64,000 bases of DNA from Chthoniobacteraceae bacterium (GCA_031409335.1 JANNWY010000307.1:1-64000); one strand, 5' to 3'; shown: positions 1-11,611, counted from the first letter of the stretch. Translations and numbers: made by a program. Notes: generated by a model from the sequence alone, not told the origin.

Positions 1-220
1 GTCGAGCGTTGCAGTCATGGCGCGACTATGCGCGCTGGCTGCGAAGCCGGCAAGCCGCTCGTTCAGCGCGCCGAATTCCTCCGGCTCTGCTGCCAGCCGC
101 TCATGGAGGGGAAAGTCGATCTTCGCTTCCTAAAATGTGAACGGCGCGCAGCAGGACGTCGGCGAATGGGATTCTTAAATCGACCCCTTCTGCGTCGGAT
201 AGATCGACCAACGTCAGTGT

Positions 221-1252
221 TCAAAGAACTTTCCTCAGAATGCTCTCGAAAACCTCCAGAGCCACGAAGATTTCCTCGGAAGAGACCATCAGGCTCGTCA
301 CCGCGCGGATGGTGTCTGGGCCGACGGCGAGGACGCGCAGGCCAGCTTCATCGAGTGTGCGCACGAGGGTTGCAGCCGGGAGTTTCTGAACGCGCATCAG
401 CACGATGTTCGTCTGCACGGAAGAAGGATCGAGTTCGAGTCCGGGCAGTTGGCTCAATCCCTCGGCTAGTGCGCGGGCGTTGGCATGGTCTTCGGCGAGC
501 CGTTGGCGGTGATTCTCCAAGGCGTGGAGCGCACCGGCGGCGATAATGCCCGCTTGCCTCATGCCACCGCCGAACATCTTTCGGAACCGTCGTGCCCGCT
601 CAATGAAATCCCGCGTCCCGCACAGCGCGGAACCGATAGGTGCGCCGAGTCCTTTTGAGAAACACACACTCACCGAGTCGAAGTGCGCCGCGTAATCGCC
701 CTCCGGGATGCCCGTCGCGACTGCCGCGTTCCACAGCCGCGCGCCATCGAGGTGAAGCCGCAAGCCGTGCTGGCGGGACACGTCTGCGACTTCCCGGATG
801 CGCGCGATCGGCCAAACGTTACCACCGCCGCGATTGTGCGTATTTTCCACACACACGAGTTTGGTAGGCGAATAGTGTTGGTCCGCAGGACGGAGCGTGG
901 CTTCCAAATCCGCGAAGGTGAAGACGCCACGCACCCCGGGCAGGCAGCGACACATCACGCCAGCCAGCGCGGCAGGTGCACCCGTTTCATAGTAGAAAAT
1001 GTGGGCGTTGCCATCGATGAGGATTTCATCGCCTGGTTCCGTGTGGGCACGCAGCGCCAGTTGGTTGGCCATGGTGCCGGAAGGCGTGAACACTGCGGCT
1101 TGCTTGCCGAGGATGTCCGCCACGCGTGCTTCGAGCCGCACCACAGTTGGATCGTCACCAAACACGTCATCACCTACTTCCGCCCGAGCCATCGCTTCGC
1201 GCATGAGAGGTGTGGGCTGGGTGATGGTATCGCTTCGTAAATCTATGGCCAT
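221..1252 (-). CDS. ltaE: Low-specificity L-threonine aldolase (PLP-dependent)
   Basis: IDLRSDT N-terminus, GDDVFGDDPTV, SGTMANQ, ENTHNRGGG, HLDGARLWNA, CFSKGLGAP (PLP lysine). Start trimmed to MAIDLRSD at 1252. Confidence 0.92.
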   Translation of the reverse strand: MAIDLRSDTITQPTPLMREAMARAEVGDDVFGDDPTVVRLEARVADILGKQAAVFTPSGTMANQLALRAHTEPGDEILIDGNAHIFYYETGAPAALAGVMCRCLPGVRGVFTFADLEATLRPADQHYSPTKLVCVENTHNRGGGNVWPIARIREVADVSRQHGLRLHLDGARLWNAAVATGIPEGDYAAHFDSVSVCFSKGLGAPIGSALCGTRDFIERARRFRKMFGGGMRQAGIIAAGALHALENHRQRLAEDHANARALAEGLSQLPGLELDPSSVQTNIVLMRVQKLPAATLVRTLDEAGLRVLAVGPDTIRAVTSLMVSSEEIFVALEVFESILRKVL

Positions 1253-1350
1253 AGTGCGGTGGGATAAAATCTTAGAGGGAGACAGTCGGTTCGTGAATCG
1301 TGAATTCTTTCTTCGTGGCGCTGTCTGGATGCCAACTTGCATTCGCTCAC

Positions 1351-3645
1351 TTACTGGATTTGGCGGAACTCGTGCGCGGACAGCAGAACCTGCGCGTAGG
1401 ATAGCCAGCGGGCGGCGGGCTCACCGCTGGCCGTGTCGGCGAGGAAGGCGAGGCCGAGATCGGTTTCCCCCGCGGCGGGCGGGCGCGAGTAGAGAAGCTC
1501 GTACGCGCGGATGATGCGGGCGCGATCATCGGCGCACTCGCGCTGGAGGCGCTCGGCGAGGGCTTTCGCGCGGGCGATCATGAAGGGGCTGTTCATCATG
1601 AAAAGGTATTGCTGCGGCACGGTGCTGACGGTGCGGGCTTCGCTGGTGGAGCGCGGGGCGGGGAAGTCGAAGAGGCGCAGGAATTCGTCGGACGGGTAGC
1701 TGTCGCCGTTGCGGCTCAAGGCGCTGTAAAGTGTCCGCCGTTTGCTTTCGAGCATGGCGTTGTTTGGCGCGCCGCCGATCGTGGCGTCGAGTTCGCCGGT
1801 GACGGTAAGCAGGCTGTCGCGCCACGACTCGACTTCAAGCTTGCGCGGGTTCATGCGCCAGAGCAGGCGGTTTTCGCCGTCTTTCGCAAAAGCGTCCGCG
1901 CGGTAGTGGCTGTTCATTTGCCAGGTCGATGAAAGCAGGATCGTGCGGTGCAGCTTTTTCAACGACCAGCCGTTTTCGACGAAGGTCGCGGCCAGCCAGT
2001 CGAGCAATTCCGGGTGCGTGGGCTTCTCGCCGATCACGCCGAAATTGCTCGGCGTGCGCGCGAGCGCCTGCCCGAAGTGATGCTTCCACACGCGATTCAC
2101 GATCACCCGCGCGGTCAGCGGATTGGCCGGATCGACGACCGCGTCCGCGAGTTGCCGGCGTCCGCTGCCTTCGTTCAAAAGCGGTGCATTTTCCCCCGCG
2201 ACGATTTGCGGAAAGCGGCGCGGAGCGGGTTCGCCCGGCTTGCGCAAATCGCCGCGAATCGCGACGGGCATGTCCGCGCTGCCACTGTCGGCGAGCATGT
2301 GCGCGCGCCGATACATTGGCGGCGCAGCTTTCCTCAGGCGCTCCAGTTCCGCCTTCAGCTCAGCCGTATCGACCTTGTCCTTCTCGGCAGTTTTGATCTT
2401 CTCCTCCTGCTCCTTGATGGCCTTTTGCGCGCTGTCGAATTCGGCCACCACCGGCTGCGCTGCCGTGGGCAGAAGGCCGGTCGCCGTGTTGTTAAAGATG
2501 CCGGCGAGAGCGTAGTAGTCCTTCGTCGTGATCGGGTCGAACTTGTGGTCGTGGCAGCGCGCACACGCGACGGTGAGCCCAAGGAACGCGCGCGAAAAAG
2601 TATCCACGCGATCCCCCAGTGTCTCCGCCCGCGCCTGCGCGACGGCTTCGTCCGTATTCCCATCGGTGATGTAAGTTGGCCCCACCGCAAAGAACCCGGT
2701 CGGAATGCCCGCCTCGCGATTTTCCGCACCCACATCCCCTGCGATCTGCGCGCGCACGAATTGATCGTAAGGCATGTCGCTATTCAGCGCCGCGACCACC
2801 CAATCCCGGTAACGCCAAATCTCGGGCAGCGGCTCGGGATCCAGCGCCCCACCGATCCCATCGCTGTAGCGCGCGACATCCAGCCAGTGCCGCCCCCAGC
2901 GTTCGCCGTATTGCGACGACGCGAGCAGCGCGTCCACGACCTTCGCGAAGGCATCCTGCGCCGCATCGCCCACGAATGCCGCCACCTGCTCCGGCGTCGG
3001 CGGCAGCCCGATCATGTCGAGATAGGCCCGGCGAATGAGCGTGCGTTTGTCGGCGGGAGCCGCCGGTTTCAGCGCCGCCGCTTCCAGTCCGGCGAGAATG
3101 AAGTTGTCGATCGGTTCGCGCACCCATGCCGCGTCCTTCACCGCGGGCGGTTCCACTTTCACGACTTTCCTAAACGCCCAGTGCTCCGCGCGAAACTTCT
3201 CCCAGTCGTATGCTTTCTTCTCAGTCGCGACCTGACTAGTCGGTGCGACTTTTTCGGGCCACGGACTACCCATGCGCACCCATGCCTCCAGGTCGGCGAT
3301 CTGCGCATCGCCGAGCTTCTTCTTCGGAGGCATCGCCGTGTCCTGATCTTTGTAACGCACCGCCTTGATCAGCAAACTCGCGTCAGGATTTCCGGGCACG
3401 ATCGCCACCCCGGTTTCCCCGCCTTTCAACATTCCCGCGCGTGTATCCAGCCGCAGTTCACCTTTCAGTTTCTTCGCTTCCTCGCTGTGACACCGGTAGC
3501 ATTCCTCGGCAAAGAGCGGACGAATCTTTGTTTCAAAAAACTCGATCTGCTCCGGAGCGAAACTGTCCGCGAACGCGGCGAAACTGGGGAGTAATGTCAG
3601 CAGCAAACCGCGCGCACCCGGTGACCATCTGTTACTAGCGGACAT
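1351..3645 (-). CDS. Planctomycete cytochrome c / DUF1549 (PSCyt2) / DUF1553 (PSD1) domain protein
   Basis: Signal peptide, CYRCH and CARCH heme motifs, YGERWGRHWLDVARY, PTHPELLDWLA, LKKLHRTILLSSTW. Confidence 0.9.
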   Translation of the reverse strand: MSASNRWSPGARGLLLTLLPSFAAFADSFAPEQIEFFETKIRPLFAEECYRCHSEEAKKLKGELRLDTRAGMLKGGETGVAIVPGNPDASLLIKAVRYKDQDTAMPPKKKLGDAQIADLEAWVRMGSPWPEKVAPTSQVATEKKAYDWEKFRAEHWAFRKVVKVEPPAVKDAAWVREPIDNFILAGLEAAALKPAAPADKRTLIRRAYLDMIGLPPTPEQVAAFVGDAAQDAFAKVVDALLASSQYGERWGRHWLDVARYSDGIGGALDPEPLPEIWRYRDWVVAALNSDMPYDQFVRAQIAGDVGAENREAGIPTGFFAVGPTYITDGNTDEAVAQARAETLGDRVDTFSRAFLGLTVACARCHDHKFDPITTKDYYALAGIFNNTATGLLPTAAQPVVAEFDSAQKAIKEQEEKIKTAEKDKVDTAELKAELERLRKAAPPMYRRAHMLADSGSADMPVAIRGDLRKPGEPAPRRFPQIVAGENAPLLNEGSGRRQLADAVVDPANPLTARVIVNRVWKHHFGQALARTPSNFGVIGEKPTHPELLDWLAATFVENGWSLKKLHRTILLSSTWQMNSHYRADAFAKDGENRLLWRMNPRKLEVESWRDSLLTVTGELDATIGGAPNNAMLESKRRTLYSALSRNGDSYPSDEFLRLFDFPAPRSTSEARTVSTVPQQYLFMMNSPFMIARAKALAERLQRECADDRARIIRAYELLYSRPPAAGETDLGLAFLADTASGEPAARWLSYAQVLLSAHEFRQIQ

Positions 3646-6637
3646 ACATGAATTCGGTGGAATTCAGCAGCGCCCAGCAGACGCTGGTGAGGCCGCGTTC
3701 ATTTGCCGCGGCTGAAGCGCGGGCGGTTTCATCCGGGGCTGGCGCGCGTCCCAGCGCGAGGAAATACGCTGACTCGATGGCCGCATGGAGGTCGTCTTTC
3801 CCGCGTTGCATCGCGCGTTCGGCGAGATGTTTTGCCTGACGCTGCACGAAGGAATTGTTCATCAATTCCAGCGCTTGCAGCGGCGTGGTCGTGACACCGC
3901 GGCGCGGCGTTTTCACGGATGGATCGGGGCAGTCGAAGGCTTCGAGCATCGGGTCTTTGCCGCTGTTCACATTCGCGCGATAGACGGTGCGGCGGTTGAA
4001 TTCCGGCTCCGCGCGATCCACGAGGTGGTAAAACGCGGCGTTGAATTCGGTGATCGTGAACGGGCGAAAACTCGGCCCGCCCACGGCGGGATTGAGCTGT
4101 CCGCTCACCGCGAGCATCGCATCGCGCACGGCCTCGGCTTCGAGGCGGCGCGGGGTGAAGCGCCATAGCAATTGATTGTCCGCATCGGTCGCCGCGGCGT
4201 TTTCGTTGAATGCGGACGATTGCCGGTAGGTCGCGGAATTCAGGATCAGCCGGTGCAGCGCTTTCACGCTCCAGCCACTTGCGATGAATTTCGCGGCAAG
4301 CCAGTCGAGCAACTCGGGATGCGTCGGTCGCGCACCGTTCACGCCGAAGTCGCTCGGCGTCGAGACGAGGCCTTGGCCGAAGTGAAAGTGCCAGACGCGA
4401 TTTGCCATGACGCGGGCTGGGAGCGGATTGCGCGCATCCGCGAGCCAATCGGCAAATTTCAACAGCCGCTGCGCTTGGGGCGCATCCGCGGCGAGACCGA
4501 AATCCGCGTTCACTCCGGCGATCGCCGACAGCGCTCCGGGTGTCACGATATCTCCCGGCGATTTCACATCGCCACGCCGCAGCAAATGCGTCGGCGGCGG
4601 CTGCACGCGGAAGCCGGCATACGTGACCTCTTGCGCCGCTTTGCTGGCTTCGAGTTCTTCGTGCGCTTTCTTCATTTGCAAACGCGCATTTTCGTATTCG
4701 GCGCGCAGCGAGTCGCTCAGGCTGGCGAGCACTTCGGCTTGCGGAATGGAGACGCCCGCCGAGCGAAATGACGCCGCAATTTCCTCCGCGCTCAAAGCCC
4801 GATCGTAAAGCGAAGCCTGTTTAATTTCACCTCCGAGAAAGCCATTCCCCGCACCGTGATGTCTCAGCCCGAGCAAGAGTCGCGTCGTGCCCGCTTTGTA
4901 AGTCCGGAGCGGACGGGCGGGCGTGTAGGGTTTTGCGTACGGCGCGCCGTTGCGGAAGAGAGCGATGCTGTTGTCCGCGTGATAGACGATCGCCATGTGG
5001 ATGAGCGTGCCGGGCTCGGCGGTTTCCTCCGGTGCGTCGAGGTCAAGCGTCCGCAAAAATCCGCCACTGCCCGCGATCCACTTTTTCGCCTGGCGTTCGC
5101 CAAAAACGATCGCGTCGAAATCACCCTCCGATTCGCTCTCGATGGAAATGGCCGCGCCGCCGCCCTGCTGCAAATCGGCGAGCACGACCCACGCTTCGAG
5201 CGTCTTCTCGCGGATGTCGCGCTGGAGCGGTGCGGTCTGAAAATAAGATGCTCCTTCCTTCGTGAGCAACAGCCGGTCGCCCGCGATTTTCGCCGCGCCC
5301 TTGAGTTCTCCGGGAATCGGACCGTTCGGCGCACCCTCGAATGTCCAACGCGCAAAAGGCATGGGACCGGAAATTTTCGAGTTGGGATGCTTCTGTCTGC
5401 CTTCAGCTTCGATGCGTGAAACAGTCGGCTGCGCGGAAGCGATCTCATTTTTCAAAGTCGCGATGCGATCCTCACGCGCCTTCACTTCTGCCGCGCTGGC
5501 GAAGGGCCGTTCGCCATGCTTCACGCCGTCGAATACCGACTTGATGCGGAAGTATTCCTCCTGCGGAATCGGGTCGAATTTGTGCGAATGGCACCGCGCG
5601 CAATTCACCGTGAGTCCAAGGAAAGTCTGCCCCACGACACTGATCATATCCTCCATTTCCTCCTCGCGCGTGACGGCTTTCTGGATGGCATTCGCCTGCG
5701 CATTTCCCGCCTGATCGAACGGCCCGCACACCAGAAAGCTCGTGCCGATGATGCCGTCACTCGTCACCGGCTCCAGAGCATCGCCGGCGACCTGTTCTTT
5801 CATAAAACGGTCATACGGCTTGTCGTCGTTGAAGCTCTTGATGACGTAGTCTCGGTAGTGCCACGCGTTGTCGCGCAGCCGGTCGTATTCAAAACCCTGA
5901 CTCTCCGTGTAGCGCGCGACATCGAGCCAGTGGCGCCCCCAACGCTCGCCATACTGCGGCAACGCCAGCAGGCGATCGATGAGATTGCGGATTGCGGATT
6001 GCGGATCGCGGATTGATTCGGCGACGAACGCTGCCACTTCCTCCGGCGATGGCGGCAGCCCGATCAAATCGAAACTCAGCCGGCGAATCAGCGTCGCGCG
6101 ATCCGCTTCCGCAGAAAGTGCGAGCCCGTCTTTTTCCAGCCGCGCGCGGATGAATGCGTCGATCGGATTCCCGCCATTTCCCGGCACCGCCGGTTCGCGC
6201 AATGGCTGCAGCGACCAATGTTCGCTGCGCGCGGGCTTCGCATCGTCCGGCCACTTCGCGCCCTGATCGATCCACGCCCGCAGCATCCCGATCTGCGCCG
6301 CCGTGAGCCGCTCGCCTTTCGGCGGCATCACCTTGTCCTCATCCAGTCCCGCGACGAGATGGATCAGCAAACTCTCCGCACTTTTCCCCGGCTCAAAGGC
6401 CTTCCCTTCATCCCCGCCCTTTGCCGCCGCCACCTTCGCATCCAGCCGCAGTCCGCCTTTCTGCTTTTCCGGCCCGTGACATTTCACACAGCGATCCACG
6501 AGCAGCGGTTGAACATCGCGCGCAAAATCGACCTCGATCGCAGCCGCTGGCGGCAGTTGAGGCGCTGCCGAATCCACGGCATTCGCGTGAAGCAGCGCGC
6601 CAAACAGCAGGGCACAAATTTGGGCGGGGCGGTTCAT
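3635..6637 (-). CDS. Planctomycete cytochrome c / DUF1549 / LamG-like / DUF1553 domain protein
   Basis: CVKCH and CARCH motifs, ERWGRHWLDVARY, inserted LamG-like jelly-roll (TLEAWV...HMAIVY...LYDRALSAEEI), PTHPELLDWLA. Overlaps the downstream paralog by 11 nt. Confidence 0.9.
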   Translation of the reverse strand: MNRPAQICALLFGALLHANAVDSAAPQLPPAAAIEVDFARDVQPLLVDRCVKCHGPEKQKGGLRLDAKVAAAKGGDEGKAFEPGKSAESLLIHLVAGLDEDKVMPPKGERLTAAQIGMLRAWIDQGAKWPDDAKPARSEHWSLQPLREPAVPGNGGNPIDAFIRARLEKDGLALSAEADRATLIRRLSFDLIGLPPSPEEVAAFVAESIRDPQSAIRNLIDRLLALPQYGERWGRHWLDVARYTESQGFEYDRLRDNAWHYRDYVIKSFNDDKPYDRFMKEQVAGDALEPVTSDGIIGTSFLVCGPFDQAGNAQANAIQKAVTREEEMEDMISVVGQTFLGLTVNCARCHSHKFDPIPQEEYFRIKSVFDGVKHGERPFASAAEVKAREDRIATLKNEIASAQPTVSRIEAEGRQKHPNSKISGPMPFARWTFEGAPNGPIPGELKGAAKIAGDRLLLTKEGASYFQTAPLQRDIREKTLEAWVVLADLQQGGGAAISIESESEGDFDAIVFGERQAKKWIAGSGGFLRTLDLDAPEETAEPGTLIHMAIVYHADNSIALFRNGAPYAKPYTPARPLRTYKAGTTRLLLGLRHHGAGNGFLGGEIKQASLYDRALSAEEIAASFRSAGVSIPQAEVLASLSDSLRAEYENARLQMKKAHEELEASKAAQEVTYAGFRVQPPPTHLLRRGDVKSPGDIVTPGALSAIAGVNADFGLAADAPQAQRLLKFADWLADARNPLPARVMANRVWHFHFGQGLVSTPSDFGVNGARPTHPELLDWLAAKFIASGWSVKALHRLILNSATYRQSSAFNENAAATDADNQLLWRFTPRRLEAEAVRDAMLAVSGQLNPAVGGPSFRPFTITEFNAAFYHLVDRAEPEFNRRTVYRANVNSGKDPMLEAFDCPDPSVKTPRRGVTTTPLQALELMNNSFVQRQAKHLAERAMQRGKDDLHAAIESAYFLALGRAPAPDETARASAAANERGLTSVCWALLNSTEFMYVR
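5983..6015. repeat. Heptamer tandem repeat (GATTGCG)n, in-frame in CDS
   Basis: Three GATTGCG units plus GATCGCG; encodes IRDPQSAIRN. Confidence 0.85.
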
Positions 6638-6752
6638 CGTTCGATTGCAAAACCCTGCGGTAACGCATTGCAGCAGGCAACAAATTCATAGTCCATGCTT
6701 TTTAGCCAAATGACGCGACTTATCGCAGCGCTAATGTCAGGAATACTACCCT

Positions 6753-7205
6753 ATGAAAACTCCACTCCTCTTAACTCACATCGCCGTGTCCCTGGTCCTC
6801 GCATCCACTGCTTTCGCGAAAAGCGGATGGGTGGAGAATTTTGAAAAAGGTCTCCAGCAAGCCAGAACGGAAAAGAAAATCACGCTCGTGGATTTCACCG
6901 GCTCCGACTGGTGCTCGTGGTGCATGAAGCTCGACAAGGAGGTTTTCTCTGAGGCGAAATTCAAGGAATACGCGAAACAAAACCTCATCCTGATCGAAGT
7001 CGATTTTCCAAAGCTCAAGCCGTTGTCGCGTCCCAAACAGAAGAAGCACGACGACCTCGCGAAGCAGTATGAAGTCACCGGATTCCCATCCGTGATCGTG
7101 CTCGATGCCGATGGAAAAAAGCTCGGCAAACTCGGTTACATGCCGGGCGGACCGGAGGCGTTTATCGCGGCCATCGAAAAGCTAAAGGGAGCGTCGCCGC
7201 AGTAG
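6753..7205 (+). CDS. Secreted thioredoxin-fold protein (DsbD-gamma/SoxW-like)
   Basis: Signal peptide, DFTGSDWCSWCMKL (CxxC), cis-Pro loop GFPSVIVLD. Confidence 0.88.
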   Translation: MKTPLLLTHIAVSLVLASTAFAKSGWVENFEKGLQQARTEKKITLVDFTGSDWCSWCMKLDKEVFSEAKFKEYAKQNLILIEVDFPKLKPLSRPKQKKHDDLAKQYEVTGFPSVIVLDADGKKLGKLGYMPGGPEAFIAAIEKLKGASPQ

Positions 7206-7291
7206 TCGTCGGACGACGATCCGCCGCCCGCGCTGCCGGGCAAAGCAGTAGCCAAGTGGATATTCCCGGCTATAAGATTGTTGCATTCCCT

Positions 7292-7624
7292 ATGATCCAA
7301 GACCGCATCGCCAAGATCGAAAGCACTCTCCAAAACGCGGCAAATCTCCCGGCTGAGACGAAGCGTGAATTGCTCACGCTGCTTGCCGAGTTGAAGGCCG
7401 AAGTCGCGCCGCTTGCCGACACGCACGGCGAAGACGCCGCAAGCATCGCGCGGTTTGCTGACGCATCGGTCCACGAGGCGACGCGCAGCGAGCGAAAGCC
7501 GGATCAAACCGCGGCGGCGCTCACGGGACTGAGCGCCTCGGTGGAAGGCTTCGAGGCGTCGCATCCGCGGTTGGTCCAGATCGTGGACCGCATCGCGGTG
7601 ACGCTGTCGAACATGGGAATCTGA
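7292..7624 (+). CDS. DUF4404 family protein
   Basis: C-terminal FEASHPRL...IAVTLSNMGI, typical of DUF4404. Confidence 0.8.
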   Translation: MIQDRIAKIESTLQNAANLPAETKRELLTLLAELKAEVAPLADTHGEDAASIARFADASVHEATRSERKPDQTAAALTGLSASVEGFEASHPRLVQIVDRIAVTLSNMGI

Positions 7625-7651
7625 CCGTTCGCGGAAAACCGCTCCGCCGCG

Positions 7652-10297
7652 TCAGTTCGCCACGACGTTTACCAAGCGGCCAGGGACGACGATGACTTTG
7701 CGGATCGTCTTCCCGGCGGTGTGCTCGGCGACTTTTGGCAGGGCCAGCGCGGCGGCTTCGACATCGGCGGTCGGCGCGTCTTTCGAAACAACTATTTTGT
7801 CGCGCAACTTCCCGTTCACTTGCACGGGATATTCGACTTCATCGACGACGAGCACGGCGGGATCGTAAGTCGGCCACGTCTGCCCGGCGATGAGTCCGTC
7901 GCCATCGAGGCGCGCCCAGAGTTCTTCCGCGAGATGTGGTGCGAAAGGCGCGAGCACCAGCAGCAGCGTGCGGATCGCGGAAATGGGGCGCGGATTCAGA
8001 TTCACGAGTGCGTTTGTGCAGACCATCATCTGCGAGATCGCGGTGTTGAAACTGAGTTCCTCGATGTCTTCGCCGACCTTTTTCACCGTCGCATGGACCA
8101 CGCGCAGCAGGGCTTTGTCCGGCTCCACTTTTTGGACAGCGGGACTCACGATCCATTCGCCGAGCTGGTTTTCCTCCATCACGAGCCGCCACACGCGGGC
8201 GAGGAAACGCGCCACGCCTTCCACGCCGGTCATCGACCACGGCTTGGTCGCTTCGAGCGGTCCCATAAACATTTCGTAGCAGCGCAGCGCATCGGCGCCG
8301 TATTCGCCGATCACGTCGTCCGGGTTCACCACGTTGCCGCGGCTCTTGCTCATCTTCTGTCCGTCGGAACCGAGGATCAGGCCTTGATTCACGAGCCGCT
8401 GGAAAGGCTCGGGGGTCGAGACGTGGCCGAGGTCGTGGAGCACCTTGTGCCAAAAGCGCGCGTAGAGCAGATGCAGCACGGCGTGCTCCGTGCCGCCGAC
8501 GTAAAGATCGACGCCGCTTTGCGATTGCGGATTGCGGATTGCGGATTGCGGATTTTCGGGAACTGCGCCGGTCATCCAATAACGCTCGGCCTCGACACCG
8601 ACGAAACGCTCCGCGTTTTGCGGATCGCAGTAGCGGAGGTAATACCAGCACGAGCCCGCCCAGTGCGGCATCGTGTTGGTCTCGCGCGTCGCGGTTTCGG
8701 AATAGCGAATCCAGTCGGTGGCTTTCGCGAGCGGGGGCTCGCCGGTGCCGGTCGGTTTGAAGTCATCGAGCGGTGGCGGCGTGAGTGGCAGCTCGGAAGC
8801 GTCGAGCGCACGGTGGCGGCCATTTTCCCAGACGATGGGAAACGGCTCGCCCCAGTAGCGCTGCCGGCTGAAAAGCCAGTCGCGCAGTTTGTAGTTGATG
8901 GTCTTTTTTCCAACCCCGAGCGCTTCGAGCCGAGCGATGATTTCGGCTTTCGCGATCGGTGTGGGCAGGCCATCGAGCGGGCCGCTGTGGATGGCGAAAC
9001 CTTCGCCGGTGAAGCATTCGAGCGGTTCGGCGTCGCAAGGGCTCGATCCGCCGCCGAGCCCGAGCGCGGGGGTTTCGCTCACGACGGCGCGGATCGGCAG
9101 GGCGAATTTGCGCGCGAATTCCCAATCGCGTTCATCGTGCGCGGGCACGGCCATGATCGCGCCCGTCCCGTATCCGGGCAGGACGTAGTCCGCGATCCAG
9201 ATCGGGATGCGCTCGCCGTTAACGGGATTGATGGCGAATGCACCAGTCCAGATGCCGGATTTTTCTTTCGCGAGTTCGGTGCGGTCGAGATCGGATTTGC
9301 GTGCGGTCTTTTCCCGATACTCCTCGACGGCGGTGGCCTGCTCCTCGGTGACAACGTAGTCCACCATCGAATGCTCGGGCGCGAGGACCAAGTACGTTGC
9401 GCCGTAGAGCGTGTCGGGTCGTGTGGTGAAAACTTTAATCCACGGACTGCGATAGTGAGTTCCCGGTTCGGGCTCTGGATTTGGGATCGTTTGAAACCCG
9501 ACCTCTGCGCCCTCACTCCGCCCAATCCAGTTCGACTGCAAAAGTTTGATCCCCACCGGCCAGTCCAGCCCTTCCAACTCATCAATGAGCCGCTGCGCAA
9601 AGGCCGTGATCCGCAGCATCCACTGCCGCATCGGCCTGCGCTCGACGGGATGCCCGCCGACTTCGGATTTGCCGTCGATCACTTCCTCATTCGCCAGCAC
9701 GGTCCCCAATTCGGGGCACCAATTCACTGGAGCCTCAGCGACGTAGGCGAGGCGGACGTGGTCCGGCTCCTCGCCCGTGTAAGTCGCGATCGGTTCCGCC
9801 CGCTGCGTGTCCGGATTAAACCAAGCGCCGTAAATCTGGAGGAAGATCCACTGCGTCCAGCGGAGGTATCCGGCATCGGTCGTATTCACCTCGCGCGACC
9901 AGTCGTAGCCGAAGCCGATGCGCTGGAGCTGGCCTTTGAAGTGCGCGACGTTTTGCGCGGTGGTGACGGCGGGGTGCTGGCCGGTCTTGATCGCGTATTG
10001 CTCGGCGGGCAGGCCAAACGCATCCCAGCCCATCGGGTGCAGCACATTGAAACCGCGCATCGTTTTATACCGACCGATAATGTCCGTCGCCGTATAGCCC
10101 TCGGGATGCCCGACGTGCAGGCCCGCGCCGCTCGGATACGGGAACATATCGAGCACGTAGTATTTCGGGCGACCCGCGTCGAAGCCAGGATCGCCGGGAT
10201 TTGGCACGCGAAAAGTCCCGCGCTCGGCCCAGACGCGCTGCCACGCGGGCTCGATGAGGTCGAAGGGATAGGGTTTGCGGCGATCGGAGGTGGACAT
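7652..10297 (-). CDS. leuS: Leucine--tRNA ligase
   Basis: [19 protein letters not shown] (HIGH), [19 protein letters not shown] and [15 protein letters not shown] (editing domain), [13 protein letters not shown]. Start trimmed to [10 protein letters not shown]. Confidence 0.98.
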   Translation of the reverse strand: MSTSDRRKPYPFDLIEPAWQRVWAERGTFRVPNPGDPGFDAGRPKYYVLDMFPYPSGAGLHVGHPEGYTATDIIGRYKTMRGFNVLHPMGWDAFGLPAEQYAIKTGQHPAVTTAQNVAHFKGQLQRIGFGYDWSREVNTTDAGYLRWTQWIFLQIYGAWFNPDTQRAEPIATYTGEEPDHVRLAYVAEAPVNWCPELGTVLANEEVIDGKSEVGGHPVERRPMRQWMLRITAFAQRLIDELEGLDWPVGIKLLQSNWIGRSEGAEVGFQTIPNPEPEPGTHYRSPWIKVFTTRPDTLYGATYLVLAPEHSMVDYVVTEEQATAVEEYREKTARKSDLDRTELAKEKSGIWTGAFAINPVNGERIPIWIADYVLPGYGTGAIMAVPAHDERDWEFARKFALPIRAVVSETPALGLGGGSSPCDAEPLECFTGEGFAIHSGPLDGLPTPIAKAEIIARLEALGVGKKTINYKLRDWLFSRQRYWGEPFPIVWENGRHRALDASELPLTPPPLDDFKPTGTGEPPLAKATDWIRYSETATRETNTMPHWAGSCWYYLRYCDPQNAERFVGVEAERYWMTGAVPENPQSAIRNPQSQSGVDLYVGGTEHAVLHLLYARFWHKVLHDLGHVSTPEPFQRLVNQGLILGSDGQKMSKSRGNVVNPDDVIGEYGADALRCYEMFMGPLEATKPWSMTGVEGVARFLARVWRLVMEENQLGEWIVSPAVQKVEPDKALLRVVHATVKKVGEDIEELSFNTAISQMMVCTNALVNLNPRPISAIRTLLLVLAPFAPHLAEELWARLDGDGLIAGQTWPTYDPAVLVVDEVEYPVQVNGKLRDKIVVSKDAPTADVEAAALALPKVAEHTAGKTIRKVIVVPGRLVNVVAN
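8519..8554. repeat. Heptamer tandem repeat (GATTGCG)x4, in-frame in leuS
   Basis: Encodes [12 protein letters not shown] between ERYWM and VDLYVGG. Confidence 0.85.
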
Positions 10298-10304
10298 CGG
10301 CGGA

Positions 10305-10423
<119 letters not shown>

Positions 10424-10432
10424 TTTCCTCCC

Positions 10433-11053
10433 ATGCGCCTCCTCATCGCCACCCGCAACGCTCACAAGACCGAAGAAATCCGCGCCATCCTCGGTGATGC
10501 GTGGGAGGTGAGTGATCTGAACGCGCATTCCGACGTGCCATCGCCCGAGGAGACCGGCGAGACTTTTTCGGAGAACGCCGCGATCAAGGCCGTGGCTGCA
10601 TCGCGCGTTTTCGACGGATGGGTGCTGGCCGATGACAGCGGCCTGGAAGTGGACGCGCTATCAGGCGCGCCCGGTGTCCGCTCGGCGCGCTACGCCGGCG
10701 AAGGTGCGACCGACGCGGACAACCGCGCGAAGCTGCTGGCGGCATTGGCAGGCGTGCGGGGAAAGGCGCGCAGTGGGCGCTTCCGCTGCGCGATGGTGCT
10801 GGCGAAAGGGGGCGAAGTATTCGGGACGTTCGAGGGCACGGTGGAAGGCGTGATCGTGAACAGTGAGCGCGGCGAAGGCGGCTTCGGCTACGACGCGCTG
10901 TTCGTGCCGGAAGGCCACTGCGAAACCTTCGCGCAACTCCCGCCTGCCACCAAGAACCAGCTAAGCCACCGCGGCCGGGCGATGCATCAGGTCCGGGCAC
11001 ACCTCTGCGCTGGGACTACCTCATCAAGGCACTCGGCGAACGGACACTTTTGA
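10433..11053 (+). CDS. rdgB: dITP/XTP pyrophosphatase (HAM1 family)
   Basis: [65 protein letters not shown]. Confidence 0.95.
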   Translation: MRLLIATRNAHKTEEIRAILGDAWEVSDLNAHSDVPSPEETGETFSENAAIKAVAASRVFDGWVLADDSGLEVDALSGAPGVRSARYAGEGATDADNRAKLLAALAGVRGKARSGRFRCAMVLAKGGEVFGTFEGTVEGVIVNSERGEGGFGYDALFVPEGHCETFAQLPPATKNQLSHRGRAMHQVRAHLCAGTTSSRHSANGHF

Positions 11054-11062
11054 TTGGGCCGT

Positions 11063-11611
11063 TCATTTACCCGGAGCCTGTCTCCTCACCGCGTCGCTGA
11101 GGGGAACTACTTGTCCGTTTGCGTAAATGAGCAGTGGCCCGCCGTCATGGACGGCGGCGTGTTCGACAAACCACGGCTGCTTCCCCCATCGGAAAGGCGT
11201 GTAGGGCTGAGTGTCGAAAGGTGTGCCATTGTAATCGAGGCGCATTGATTCCTTCAGCGTCAGATCCGGGCTTCCGAGCGTTCGATGCTGCGACGCGCAA
11301 ATCCAATTTTGTTGCGTAAGGCCGTACGGACTCAACGCTTGGATCCACAGGCGGGCATACTCCGTGGATTCGCCTTGCATCAAACCCGGATCGATTTGCG
11401 GCCAGTAGCCTTGGTCCATCACATGGCAAGAGGCTCCGTAGTAAAGATTGCGCAGGTTTGCCATGCATTTGGATTTCTCCGCCCGCGCATACATTGAGGT
11501 AGTGATCCCGACCAGCATCGTCACCAGTATCGCGATGATCAAAATGACCGTCGTCAACTCCAGGATCGTGAAGCCAGAAACGGTGGATCGCCGCAGCTTC
11601 AAGAAACACAT
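11063..11611 (-). CDS. Prepilin-type N-terminal cleavage/methylation protein (DUF1559-like)
   Basis: G|FTILEL type IV signal plus hydrophobic helix, KCMANLRNL, C-terminal H-x9-NG variant (HDGGPLLIYANGQV). Confidence 0.85.
   Translation of the reverse strand: MCFLKLRRSTVSGFTILELTTVILIIAILVTMLVGITTSMYARAEKSKCMANLRNLYYGASCHVMDQGYWPQIDPGLMQGESTEYARLWIQALSPYGLTQQNWICASQHRTLGSPDLTLKESMRLDYNGTPFDTQPYTPFRWGKQPWFVEHAAVHDGGPLLIYANGQVVPLSDAVRRQAPGK

Noticed and set aside
1..18. Possible start of a minus-strand gene (MTATLD…) running off the window
   Set aside because: Only six codons are visible; cannot be supported.
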